From: an uncultured Pseudomonadales bacterium
Lineage (GTDB): Bacteria > Patescibacteriota > Microgenomatia > UBA1400 > UBA12108
Direction: 5' to 3'
DNA length: 64,000 bases
NCBI GenBank assembly: GCA_964507925.1
Contig: CAZDRB010000001.1
Coordinates: 15,072 to 79,071, forward strand
Positions 26,341 through 35,713 of this stretch are shown here, piece after piece. How positions within the stretch are numbered: position 1 is the first letter of the stretch; the number at the start of each line of letters is the position of its first letter. The notes below the pieces were generated by a model that saw only the letters and a program-made list of their open reading frames with translations, made no database searches and was not told where the DNA came from. Position numbers and translations under genes: made by a program.

Positions 26341-28707
26341 TTAGACAAGTGCAAGACTCAGCACTTCGGAGACATTTTTGACAGCGTGGAACTTGAGATC
26401 TTTTTTGATTTCCCCTGGGATCTTGACTAGATCCTTGGTGTTTTCGAATGGATAGATTATTTCCCTGATACCGGCGGTGTGGGCGGCAATGACTTTTTCC
26501 TTAAGTCCGCCGATTTCGAGGACGCGCCCGCGAAGCGTGACCTCTCCAGTCATACCTAGATTTTTCTTGACAGCTTTTTTGGTGAGCGCGGAAACTAAGG
26601 CGGTGGTCATGGTGACACCTGCCGAAGGGCCGTCTTTGGGGACTGCTCCCTCTGGCACATGAATATGAAGATCAATAGTTTTATAAAAATCGGGCTTGAG
26701 ACCAAAATCCTTGTAATTACTTCTAATATAGGTGAAGGCAGCTTGAGCTGATTCTTTCATGACCTCCCCTAGTTGCCCGGTAATCTGGAGATTACCCTTG
26801 CCGGGCATGACCGAGACCTCGATAAAGAGAATTTCTCCCCCGACCGATGTCCAGGCTAGACCTGTCGCCATACCCACGGGGTTTTTGCGTTCGGCGAGAA
26901 CCGCGCTATATTTGACTGGACCGAGATAGTTGTGGAGATTTTGGGTCGTGACTGAGGGAATAGACTTTTTGGTGCTAGTTGCGAGTGATCTTGCGATTTT
27001 TCTCGCGATCTTCGCGATCTCTCGCTCCAAGTTTCTGACTCCAGCTTCCCGCGTGTATTTGCTGATTATCTCTCTCAATACCACGTCACTTAGTTTGAGG
27101 TTTTTGGAGGTAAGAGCGTTTTTCTCGAGAACTTTTGGAACGAGATATTTTTTGGCGATATGAAACTTTTCCTCGCGGGTGTAGCCAGAGAATCTAATGA
27201 CCTCGAGGCGGTCACGGAGGGCTGTGGGAATAGTGTCGAGGACGTTGGCGGTTGCGATAAACATGACACGCGATAAGTCCATGGGTAGTTCGAGATAGTG
27301 GTCGGAGAACTCTTTATTTTGTTCGGGATCAAGAGCTTCAAGAAGTGCAGCTGAAGGGTCGCCACGAAAGTCATTGCCGACCTTATCTATTTCGTCGAGC
27401 ATAAAAACTGGATTCATCGAGCCCGCTTGCCTCATACCCTCGACGATTCGACCGGGCATGGCGCCGACATAGGTTTTGCGATGACCTCTAATTTCGGCTT
27501 CGTCCCGGATGCCGCCGAGGGAGATTTTGACAAACTTTCTCTTGAGAGACCTGGCGATAGATTTGCCGAGCGAAGTCTTGCCAACTCCAGGGGGACCAAC
27601 AAAGCAGAGGATGGTAGGTAAGCTAGGAGATGATTGTTTTTTGACGAGTTTTTGAGAGGCTTTTTTGAGCTTCATAACTGCAAGATATTCGACTATCCTT
27701 TCTTTTACTTCTTCTAGTCCGTGGTGGTCTAGGTCCAAGATTTTTTCCGCGGTTTTGAGTGAGACGTGGTCTTTTGTCTCCTTGTCCCATGGCAGATCTA
27801 AGACCGTTTCGAGCCAAGTGCGAATATAGCCTGCCTCGGGATTGTTGGGAGACATGCGGTTCAAGCGCTCGAACTCTTTGTGGACTTTGGTCAGAGCCTT
27901 TTTTGGTAAGTCAAGTTTGTGGAGTTGATCGTGGAGCTCGTCGAGCTCGACCTCGCCTTCGTCAAACTCGCCAAGCTCCTGCTTAATCGTATTTAGGCGC
28001 TCTCTAAGAATAGTTTCGCGCATGCTTTTACTAAATTTTTCTTGGGTTTTGCTCGCGATATTCTTTTCTATTTCGAGAACCTTTAGTTCTTTGGCGAGGA
28101 GGTGATTGATTTTGTCGAGCCTAAGCTTGACGTCAAGTGCCTCGAGAATAGACTGTCTATCTGTAAGCGAAGCACTGAGACTTGCGGCTACTTGATCACC
28201 TAACTCGGAGACAGATACTCCGGACATGAGACGCATAAAGTTTGTGAACTCGACGGACTTGCCTAGGTTGACTGCTTCCCTAAACTGAGCGGTGATGTGT
28301 CTGCCCATAGCCTCGATTTCTTCTCCTACCGTGTTTTTTTCTACAAGCTCTTCGACGAGAACCATCTCAACTGGCGAGCTCTCATGAGTTTTGATGAGCT
28401 TGATCCGAGCAATCCCCCTCACAAGAGCGTTTAGCTCACCACCAGTTTTGAGGGTTCTCTCGACTACACACAGGGTGCCGACACGGTAGAGATCTTTTTT
28501 TGAGTCGGGGTTTTCTAGGCGAGAGTCTTTTTGAGTAAAAAGTGCGACGAGCTTATCTCTCGATTCCGAGGCTTTGATTGCGAGAATTGATTTTTTGCGG
28601 CCAAAGGTCAAGACGACTTCGTTAGTTGGATAGACTACAACGTCACGGACTGGAATGAGAGGAACGAGGCGGGTTATGGGTTTTTTGACTGGGACTAAAA
28701 AGCTCAT
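26341..28707 (-). CDS. lon: ATP-dependent Lon protease
   Basis: N-domain, AAA+ Walker [19 protein letters not shown]-terminal protease [20 protein letters not shown] (catalytic Ser). 788 aa. Confidence 0.9.
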   Translation of the reverse strand: MSFLVPVKKPITRLVPLIPVRDVVVYPTNEVVLTFGRKKSILAIKASESRDKLVALFTQKDSRLENPDSKKDLYRVGTLCVVERTLKTGGELNALVRGIARIKLIKTHESSPVEMVLVEELVEKNTVGEEIEAMGRHITAQFREAVNLGKSVEFTNFMRLMSGVSVSELGDQVAASLSASLTDRQSILEALDVKLRLDKINHLLAKELKVLEIEKNIASKTQEKFSKSMRETILRERLNTIKQELGEFDEGEVELDELHDQLHKLDLPKKALTKVHKEFERLNRMSPNNPEAGYIRTWLETVLDLPWDKETKDHVSLKTAEKILDLDHHGLEEVKERIVEYLAVMKLKKASQKLVKKQSSPSLPTILCFVGPPGVGKTSLGKSIARSLKRKFVKISLGGIRDEAEIRGHRKTYVGAMPGRIVEGMRQAGSMNPVFMLDEIDKVGNDFRGDPSAALLEALDPEQNKEFSDHYLELPMDLSRVMFIATANVLDTIPTALRDRLEVIRFSGYTREEKFHIAKKYLVPKVLEKNALTSKNLKLSDVVLREIISKYTREAGVRNLEREIAKIARKIARSLATSTKKSIPSVTTQNLHNYLGPVKYSAVLAERKNPVGMATGLAWTSVGGEILFIEVSVMPGKGNLQITGQLGEVMKESAQAAFTYIRSNYKDFGLKPDFYKTIDLHIHVPEGAVPKDGPSAGVTMTTALVSALTKKAVKKNLGMTGEVTLRGRVLEIGGLKEKVIAAHTAGIREIIYPFENTKDLVKIPGEIKKDLKFHAVKNVSEVLSLALV

Positions 28708-28744
28708 GTTAGCAGTTTACATGATTGAGTGCTAAGAGTCAATC

Positions 28745-29542
28745 CTAGGCTAATATCTTATCGCCGACTTTGATGCCAAATCGCTCGGCCGCGGATTTTC
28801 CTTGAACGACGATCTCGATAAAGCGCTTGTCGCGGTAACCGCTTGAGCCGATTATGATCCCGGGTTCACCATTTGGAACGTCCTTGAGGCGGTCATAACA
28901 CTTGATTTTGCCCCAGGAAGTCTCTATTTCTTGACCAGCTTGATGATTGATATCTTCTGCCCAGGCGGTAGTTTTGCAGTTGCCAAAGTTGTCAACATAC
29001 CAGACTGCAAGGGGCGCCGGCAAGAAATCGGAAAGGGGGTGAGTCTCGGAGGGGATATCCTCGCCATCCATGACCCATTTGGCAACACGGGGCAAAAACT
29101 CGTAGCTCCTGAACTGAGTTTTTGTGATTGGGGCGCGCAGGTGTTCGGCTAGTTTGCCGGCGCGAATGGTGGCGTCAAGGACAGTTGGAATATCATAAAC
29201 CTCGATTTCCGTTGCAAGACCATATTTGGAAATCAGGGAGAGGGTCGCTCCGTCGACAGTTGCAAAAATGTGAGTGTCCTTGTATTTGATGTGGCCAAAA
29301 GGGGTGCCGTTCTCCCATTTTTTGGCTTTGCCGTGACGTGGAGCTACGTTGGCCAGAATAATTCCTGGTTCGTCCATAGCCCCGTCGATTGTGTCGATAA
29401 TTAGACCTGACGCCTCTAGGTCGGCATATGCCCCAACTGCAACTGGCGAGATATGGGTAGAAGGAAAAAAAGTAGCTGCGCGAACCACCTGACGATTCAT
29501 CGTCCCGGGATCGGAGCAGTCATTAATAATAGTTACGTACAT
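28745..29542 (-). CDS. DUF62-like protein (SAM hydroxide adenosyltransferase / SAM-hydrolase fold), divergent
   Basis: Pattern IINDCSD ... VAPRHG ... FATVDGATLSLI ... VWYVDNFGNCKTT parallels DUF62 LLTDFG ... VDPGVG ... GPDNGLLS ... IDRFGNLITN. The N-terminal acidic motif is non-canonical. Confidence 0.45.
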   Translation of the reverse strand: MYVTIINDCSDPGTMNRQVVRAATFFPSTHISPVAVGAYADLEASGLIIDTIDGAMDEPGIILANVAPRHGKAKKWENGTPFGHIKYKDTHIFATVDGATLSLISKYGLATEIEVYDIPTVLDATIRAGKLAEHLRAPITKTQFRSYEFLPRVAKWVMDGEDIPSETHPLSDFLPAPLAVWYVDNFGNCKTTAWAEDINHQAGQEIETSWGKIKCYDRLKDVPNGEPGIIIGSSGYRDKRFIEIVVQGKSAAERFGIKVGDKILA

Positions 29543-29551
29543 AGGAACAAG

Positions 29552-30250
29552 TTATTTTATCACAACTTCTGAAGGATCTAGCTTGCGGAATTTGCCTGGC
29601 TTTAGGTCGCCAAGCTCCCACGGACCAAGCTTGATTCGAATAAGGCGCATGACTGGGTAGCCAACTGCTTCGCACATTTTGCGAATTTGCCTGTTTCGAC
29701 CTTCGTGGATTGTGATATTGAACCAAGTGTTTTTGGGTTGGCTCTCGGTGATCTCGACTACGGCTTTCGCGGTTTTTTTGCCTTCGATCGTAACTCCTTG
29801 TTCTAGGTACCCTACTGTTTTGGCTGTCATCACCCCTTTGACGAGAACGTGATAGGTCTTTTTGATCTCGAACTTTGGGTGAGTCAGGCGGTAGGCCAGA
29901 TCGCCGTCATTGGTCAGGAGCATCAGCCCCTCTGAATCATAGTCTAGGCGACCGACCGGATAGAGGCGATGACCTCCGGGCACAAGCGAGGTGGCGGTTT
30001 TTCTGCCCTCAGGATCGCTGACAGCTGAGACGACGTGACGAGGCTTGTTTAAGAGATAATAAACCATAGTTTCGTCTAGTTTAACTGTCTTTCCGTCGAC
30101 TGCGACCTGAGCTGTATCGCTCTCAATAACTTGGCCGACAGTGGCTATTTTGCCGTTGACCGTGACTTTGCCCTCCTCAACCATTTCTTCGGCTGTCCTG
30201 CGCGACGCGACTCCAGAGTGAGCGAGATATTTGTGAATCCTCATTTTCAT
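29552..30250 (-). CDS. Pseudouridine synthase, RsuA/RluB family
   Basis: N-terminal S4 domain (RIHKYLAHSGVASRR), catalytic VGRLDYDSEGLMLLTNDG. 232 aa. Confidence 0.85.
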   Translation of the reverse strand: MKMRIHKYLAHSGVASRRTAEEMVEEGKVTVNGKIATVGQVIESDTAQVAVDGKTVKLDETMVYYLLNKPRHVVSAVSDPEGRKTATSLVPGGHRLYPVGRLDYDSEGLMLLTNDGDLAYRLTHPKFEIKKTYHVLVKGVMTAKTVGYLEQGVTIEGKKTAKAVVEITESQPKNTWFNITIHEGRNRQIRKMCEAVGYPVMRLIRIKLGPWELGDLKPGKFRKLDPSEVVIK

Positions 30251-30286
30251 GAGATTATTATACCCCTTAGCTGATAAAATAAGCTC

Positions 30287-31324
30287 ATGAAACAGATCTT
30301 TTGGTTATTCCTCCTGATACTTGTAGTTTGCATCCCCGGGCTAGAAAGGTTGATTCCGAGCTCAAAATTTTCTGGAGAGATAGTCTCGATCTCAGAAACT
30401 GCGGACTCTCCCATTCCTTTTAAAACTGCGACTGTTCTTCGCGAGGACAATACTATTGTCGAGGCGAGTATATATGACTTAAATGTGGCTTACGCTGTTG
30501 GCGAGAGAATCTTGTTGCAGCAAGATACTGATGAATCTGTTTATAGTGTGACTGGGAAAGAGCGAACGGGGGCATTATTTAGGCTTTTTGTTTTGTTTGT
30601 CGGGGTCATTGTAATTGTGAGCGGAATCTCGGGAGTGAGGTCGCTCGTAGGGCTTGCATTTTCTTTTTTGGTAATTTTTAAGTACGTATTACCTCAGATA
30701 GTCGCTGGGGGTAATCCGTTGAGCATAGCCTTGTCGGCTAGTCTCATAATTCTATCTGTTTCTTATTATCTGACCCATGGAGTCAACCACAAATCGACGA
30801 TTGCCATAATCGGAACACTTGGGGCGCTCACGGTAACCGGAGTACTTGCAATGGTTTTTTCTTCGCTTACGACTCTGACTGGATTTGGAACTGAGGAAGC
30901 AGGATTTTTGATTGATCGCCTGACACTCGGAAACTTCTACAACTTACTTTTGGCCGGAATTATCCTCGGCTCTTTAGGTGTACTTGATGACATTACGATC
31001 TCCCAAACCTCGATTGTGGCAGAACTCTCTCAGGCAAATAAAAAGCTTGGAGCGCGCGAGCTATACACTCGTGCAATGAGGATAGGCCATGATCATATTT
31101 CCTCCTTGGTCAATACCCTAGTTCTTGTCTACACTGGGAGCGCTCTACCGCTACTTCTTTTATTTGTAACAAGCGACGCTAGCGTGTATGAGCTACTTAA
31201 CTACGAGGCAGTTGCTGAGGAAGTTGTGAGGACACTAGTTGGCTCGATCGGCCTAGTCTCTGCTGTCCCGTTGACGACAATTATCGCCTCCTACTGGTAC
31301 TCTACTCGTGATGGGAGAGTGTGA
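30287..31324 (+). CDS. YibE/F-family polytopic membrane protein
   Basis: ~8 TM with GSLGVLDDITISQTS, recalled as the conserved YibE/F motif. 345 aa. Confidence 0.55.
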   Translation: MKQIFWLFLLILVVCIPGLERLIPSSKFSGEIVSISETADSPIPFKTATVLREDNTIVEASIYDLNVAYAVGERILLQQDTDESVYSVTGKERTGALFRLFVLFVGVIVIVSGISGVRSLVGLAFSFLVIFKYVLPQIVAGGNPLSIALSASLIILSVSYYLTHGVNHKSTIAIIGTLGALTVTGVLAMVFSSLTTLTGFGTEEAGFLIDRLTLGNFYNLLLAGIILGSLGVLDDITISQTSIVAELSQANKKLGARELYTRAMRIGHDHISSLVNTLVLVYTGSALPLLLLFVTSDASVYELLNYEAVAEEVVRTLVGSIGLVSAVPLTTIIASYWYSTRDGRV

Positions 31325-32045
31325 ACATCAGGATAATCCCAACTAAGAACATAATAATAGTTGAAATCGTCTTCCTCGTGGTTTTGCTTTCTTTAAGTTC
31401 TGGCACAAGGTCAGCGGCGGCAATATAGATAAAGCCACCGGCTGCAGCGGGGATCAAGTAGGAAGCAACAACTTCGCTACTGATTGAGAGATAATAGCCC
31501 AAGACTCCACCAATTACCGCGGTTAACGAAACGGCGACGTTGGCGATAAGCGCTTTGGTGCGGGTGTAGCCGGAATGCAAGAGTACTCCGTAGTCGCCTA
31601 GTTCTTGGGGAATTTCGTGGAGTGCGATTGCTAGTACTGCGACTACACCTAGCGACTCGCCAGTTGCAAATGAGGCAGCAATCAAGAGTCCGTCAAGAAA
31701 GTTATGCAGTCCGTCTCCGATCAGGTTCATTGTGCCGATTGTGTGTTTGGTCAAGTGATTTTCGTCGTGGCAGTGCCTCCAGTGGAGAAAGCGCTCGAGG
31801 AGGAAGAAGATAATAAAAGAAACGAGCGCGATATTAAACGGCAAGTGGTCGCCGAGGAGCTCGATAGATTCTGGAAGCTGGTGCAAAAAAGCTGCTCCAA
31901 GCATGGTGCCTGCTGAGAGGGAGACGAGCGGGAGAAGGAGTCGATTAAGAAGTTTGGGCTTGATCCCGATGACCAAAACACCGATAAGGGAACCGGAGCT
32001 AATAATGAGGGTGGCCAGGATGATTGTAAGTAATTCAGGTGACAT
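31302..32045 (-). CDS. zupT: ZIP-family zinc transporter (ZupT-like)
   Basis: HEIPQELGDYGVLLHSG (ZIP signature HExPxExGD) and His-rich loop HWRHCHDENH. Start at MSPELLTIIL (ATG 32045). Confidence 0.8.
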   Translation of the reverse strand: MSPELLTIILATLIISSGSLIGVLVIGIKPKLLNRLLLPLVSLSAGTMLGAAFLHQLPESIELLGDHLPFNIALVSFIIFFLLERFLHWRHCHDENHLTKHTIGTMNLIGDGLHNFLDGLLIAASFATGESLGVVAVLAIALHEIPQELGDYGVLLHSGYTRTKALIANVAVSLTAVIGGVLGYYLSISSEVVASYLIPAAAGGFIYIAAADLVPELKESKTTRKTISTIIMFLVGIILMFTLSHHE

Positions 32046-32460
32046 AGTTTCCTTTCTTTTGGCATGGGCCACAGAGTCCGAAGAACTCAATGGCGTGGCG
32101 TGTAATGTTAAACCCACCAGAAATATTTAGCTTGTTTATTTGTTTTTCGAATGTGGAATCTTTGATTTCTACAATAGTATGACAACTATCGCAAACCGCG
32201 TGATGATGGTGATCGTGGACATACTCGTAGCGAAACTTGCCTTCTTGAAAGTCTACTCGCTCAAAAATACCAACTGAGACAAATTTTTCGAGGGTGCGAT
32301 AGATAGTTGCCAGATGTGCCTGGCTGCCAAGTTTTTTGGCGACATCTTCGACCGTGAGAGGTTTTTTGGAATTGATCAAAGTATCAAGCACTCTTATTCT
32401 CGCTGGAGTAATCTTGATTCCGGAGGCAGAGATTATTTCGTTTATATTCTTGCGACTCAT
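32035..32460 (-). CDS. Fur-family metalloregulator, probably Zur
   Basis: ITPARIRVLDTL ... ATIYRTLEKFVSVGI (wHTH), HHHHAVCDSCH and CGPC metal sites. Immediately upstream of zupT and overlapping it by 11 nt, the usual zur-znu/zupT arrangement. Confidence 0.8.
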   Translation of the reverse strand: MSRKNINEIISASGIKITPARIRVLDTLINSKKPLTVEDVAKKLGSQAHLATIYRTLEKFVSVGIFERVDFQEGKFRYEYVHDHHHHAVCDSCHTIVEIKDSTFEKQINKLNISGGFNITRHAIEFFGLCGPCQKKGNYVT

Positions 32461-32488
32461 TCGCATATTATATTGCGAATAATTCGCA
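32459..32488. promoter_or_regulatory. Fur/Zur-box-like operator: palindrome ATTCGCA-TATTATAT-TGCGAAT plus a third half-site AATTCGCA
   Basis: Read directly: perfect 7-nt inverted arms around an AT-rich spacer. Overlaps the regulator's own start codon and abuts the -35 of the divergent promoter. Confidence 0.5.
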
Positions 32489-32489
32489 T

Positions 32490-32526
32490 TTGTCAACATG
32501 CAAAATTTGTTGTGTATAATTTGGCT
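32490..32526 (+). promoter_or_regulatory. Sigma-70-type promoter of the His-rich secreted protein gene: TTGTCA (32490-32495), 19 nt, TATAAT (32515-32520), 6 nt, ATG
   Basis: Read directly. TG at -15/-14; -10-to-ATG spacing matches the other leaderless-type starts in the window. Confidence 0.4.
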
Positions 32527-33036
32527 ATGAAACTCAGGGCTAGGCTAACCATCTACACTTTGGTAATTATGATTCTTGGAATAGGGGTTTATGCGTATCG
32601 CCCTGCCGATCGTGATCATGTTCATTATCACGCGGGCTTTCGCGTGTATGTAGACGACCAGCTACACGACTTTTCGCTTTTTGAGTACATGAACTACACG
32701 CCGTGTTCTGATCATGATCAAAAAGAGTCCCCCGAGGACGAGCAAATTGAAAAGGCTCACCTTCATGACAATGTGGGTGATGTAGTACATGTTCACCGCA
32801 GTGGCGCGACCTGGGGCGACCTGTTTAAAAATATTAACTATAAATATGATAGCTACGAAAGAGTAAGCGGATACGTAGATGGTGAGCTGGTTGAGAACGT
32901 TTTTGAGAGTGAGATTGCCCCGTACACCAGCCTGATACTACTAATTGACGATTCTGATGCAACGAGGAGCGCGGAGCGAGTCGAAAAGAGTTACATCGAA
33001 CAAGTGGAAGCTAAGAGCGAGCTTTGTGGTGAGTAG
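32527..33036 (+). CDS. His-rich secreted protein of unknown function, paralog of the 14797..15291 product, putatively Zur-regulated
   Basis: Start at MKLRARLTIYTLVIMILGIGVYA (signal/anchor). His clusters DRDHVHYHAGF, CSDHDQ, AHLHDN, VVHVHRSG; ATWGDLF block shared with the paralog. The longer 5' extension in the track is an artefact. Confidence 0.55.
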   Translation: MKLRARLTIYTLVIMILGIGVYAYRPADRDHVHYHAGFRVYVDDQLHDFSLFEYMNYTPCSDHDQKESPEDEQIEKAHLHDNVGDVVHVHRSGATWGDLFKNINYKYDSYERVSGYVDGELVENVFESEIAPYTSLILLIDDSDATRSAERVEKSYIEQVEAKSELCGE

Positions 33037-35449
33037 ACTCTAATCTCAGAAGATACTTGAATATCTCGATTACAAAAAATATCATCACCGAGAGCCCGAT
33101 TGCGATTGTCCAGTACTCTATACCTAGGCTCACTGTGCCAAAAATACCTCTAAGTCCTGGAACAATAAACGGCAAGGACTGAAGGAAAAATCCGACTAGA
33201 ACTGCAAGAATTAGATAGCGATTGGAGAACATTTTGTCACGCCAAAACGCGGTTGTGAGGAGACGAACAGAGAATACGTAGGCAAGTGAGTTGAGACCCA
33301 GGACCAAGAATGACATAGAGCGAGATAGTGTCTCGTCGCCGGTTTGTTGATATACAAAATAAAAACTTCCAAAAGCAAAGATCGAGGCAAAGATGCTGAC
33401 GATCGCGATCAGGCTAATCATCCAGCGATTAACAAGCGGCTCTTTGGGTCGCCTTGGTGGAAAGTTCATAATACCCTTTCGCTCCGGGTCGACGGTGAGA
33501 GCTAGGCTAGGGAAGCCGTCTGAGACGATATTAATCCAGAGTATTTGGGCTGCTGTCAAAGGGAGTGGCACACCTATGGCTATTGCGGTAATGACGACGA
33601 TAATCTCGGCAAAAGCGTCACAGAGTAAGTAGAGAATAATTTTTCTGATGTTATCAAACATGGCTCGACCTTCTTTGATGGCGCGGATTATGGTCTCAAA
33701 ATTAGAGTCCAAGAGAACTAGGTCGGCAGTTTCTCTGGCTACGTCGGTCGCGGAATCAACAACAATTCCTATATCAGCTAGGTGGAGTGCTGGAGCATCG
33801 TTGACTCCGTCACCCATCATGGCAACTACCTCACCTTGCTTTTTGAGGGCTTGGACAATTAGGTATTTGTCGGAAGGAGTTGTGCGGGCAAAGAGGATCG
33901 TGCTTTTGACTGCTTCTAGTTGATCGTGCTCGCCGAGCCCTGCGAAATCATCTCCCAAAACAACCTGAGAACTAGAAATATCTATCTCTAGTTCTTTGAG
34001 TACATCGAGGGCAGTAGGGGCGTAGTCGCCGGTGATGACGAGGAGCTTGATCCCAGCACGACTAGCCTCTCGGAGTGCGTTTTTGACGCTAGTTCTGACG
34101 GGATCGGCAAAGGAAATTAATCCCGTAAATTTCAAATTGTTTAGCACACTAGAATCAGATATTTTTGCGGCCTGCTTGTAATCTTTGTTTGAGTAGGCGA
34201 TCACTCGCCTGCCTTTTTCTGTCCAGCTTTGGATCGTAGTCTCGATTTGTTTTCGCTCGGAATCAGATATTGCACAAGCTTTGATAATAGTTTCTGGGGC
34301 TCCGCTGACGTAAAGAATGTTTTTGGTAGATGACTTGATTAGGGTTGCAGTGAATCTAGTTTCTGAAGAAAAGGGAATTGAGTCTAGACGAGATTCTGCA
34401 AGCTGTTTTTTTCCTATTATCTCTTGACCCCACCTATATGCTTCTGTGACCATGGGATCGTCATGATCACTCGTGAGAACGGCGTGCTTGGCAATCTCCT
34501 CTTGGCTGCCGTATGTATCTATTACTGCTAACTTGCCGGTTGTGAGCGTGCCTGTTTTGTCGACACAGATAATCGTGACTCCTCCCAATGTTTCGGCAGA
34601 TGAGAGCTGGCGAACTAGACCCTTGTGTTTCATTATTTTTTGCATTCCGATTGCGAGAATAATAGTGAGGGAGACAATTAGACCCTCGGGAATACTAGAG
34701 ACAGCAAGCGCGACGGCGGTAATAAAAATCTCACTGAGTGGTAGTCTTCTCCATATACCTAGAGTCACGACTACGGTAAGAAGTACCGCGATAATTACCA
34801 AGATCTGCCGACTCAGGACAGCTAGCTGATGCTCAAGTGGAGTTGGTGCTGACTTTGTATCGAGCTGGAGCGCTATTTGTCCCATTTTTGTCGAAGAGCC
34901 AGTTAACTTGACTAGACACACGACTTGGCCGGCGGCAACAATAGTCCCCATATATACTTCGTCACCGACCTCTTTTTTGACTGGCTGGCTCTCGCCAGTT
35001 AAGAGCGCTTCGTCGAGCATTAGTCTGTTGGCAAAGATCACTTCGGCGTCAGCGGGAACTCTGTTTCCCGAGTCAAGAATCAAGGTGTCACCAGGTACAA
35101 TCTCTTCTGTATCTATCTCTATTAGCTTGCCATCTCTTTTGACTTTGACACGACTGGTCAAATAACTTTTGAGTTTGGAGAGTGCGTTTGAGGCTCTGTA
35201 TTCCTGGACGTAGCCAAGGATTGTGTTAATGAGAACCGCAATCATGATAATCACGGCGTCGCTTATGTGACCGATAAATAGAGTGATCAAGGTGGCGATG
35301 AGAAGAACATAGACAAAAGGATTTTTGAGTTGGGAGAGAAACACCTCTAGTCTAGTTGGTGGAGGCTTGTGCGGGAGAATATTGGGACCGTATTTTTTTT
35401 GGAGAGCGAGAGCGTTCGATGAGCTTAGACCCGTGTATTCAGGAAACAT
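33011..35449 (-). CDS. P-type ATPase, P2 type (Ca2+-transporting, PEGL motif)
   Basis: CVDKTGTLTTGKL (phosphorylation site), SSIPEGLIV (PEGL in TM4), [20 protein letters not shown]. 812 aa. Confidence 0.85.
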   Translation of the reverse strand: MFPEYTGLSSSNALALQKKYGPNILPHKPPPTRLEVFLSQLKNPFVYVLLIATLITLFIGHISDAVIIMIAVLINTILGYVQEYRASNALSKLKSYLTSRVKVKRDGKLIEIDTEEIVPGDTLILDSGNRVPADAEVIFANRLMLDEALLTGESQPVKKEVGDEVYMGTIVAAGQVVCLVKLTGSSTKMGQIALQLDTKSAPTPLEHQLAVLSRQILVIIAVLLTVVVTLGIWRRLPLSEIFITAVALAVSSIPEGLIVSLTIILAIGMQKIMKHKGLVRQLSSAETLGGVTIICVDKTGTLTTGKLAVIDTYGSQEEIAKHAVLTSDHDDPMVTEAYRWGQEIIGKKQLAESRLDSIPFSSETRFTATLIKSSTKNILYVSGAPETIIKACAISDSERKQIETTIQSWTEKGRRVIAYSNKDYKQAAKISDSSVLNNLKFTGLISFADPVRTSVKNALREASRAGIKLLVITGDYAPTALDVLKELEIDISSSQVVLGDDFAGLGEHDQLEAVKSTILFARTTPSDKYLIVQALKKQGEVVAMMGDGVNDAPALHLADIGIVVDSATDVARETADLVLLDSNFETIIRAIKEGRAMFDNIRKIILYLLCDAFAEIIVVITAIAIGVPLPLTAAQILWINIVSDGFPSLALTVDPERKGIMNFPPRRPKEPLVNRWMISLIAIVSIFASIFAFGSFYFVYQQTGDETLSRSMSFLVLGLNSLAYVFSVRLLTTAFWRDKMFSNRYLILAVLVGFFLQSLPFIVPGLRGIFGTVSLGIEYWTIAIGLSVMIFFVIEIFKYLLRLESTHHKARS

Positions 35450-35475
35450 AACAAGATCAAGTATAACAAGGAATG

Positions 35476-35712
35476 TTAGTTTTTGACTCTATAGCCGAGA
35501 GATTCGATTACTAAGACAAATTTTTTTGGATCAGTTTGGGCGGGATCGTAGGTAATTACGGATTCTTGGCGCGCGTAGCTTGTACTACTCGTGATCACTC
35601 CCTTGAGCTCTCCTAGCTCACCGTCAATGTTGAGACTACAACTTACACAGTGTAGGCCGTCTAGCTTGAGGGTTATTTTGGTGCCTTTGGGTTTTTTGAA
35701 TAGATTGAACAT
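35476..35712 (-). CDS. copZ: Heavy-metal-associated (HMA) copper chaperone, CopZ-like
   Basis: LKLDGLHCVSCSLNIDGEL (HMA fold with CxxC). Start at MFNLFKK (ATG 35712), 2 nt after the upstream gene stop. Confidence 0.7.
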   Translation of the reverse strand: MFNLFKKPKGTKITLKLDGLHCVSCSLNIDGELGELKGVITSSTSYARQESVITYDPAQTDPKKFVLVIESLGYRVKN

Positions 35713-35713
35713 A

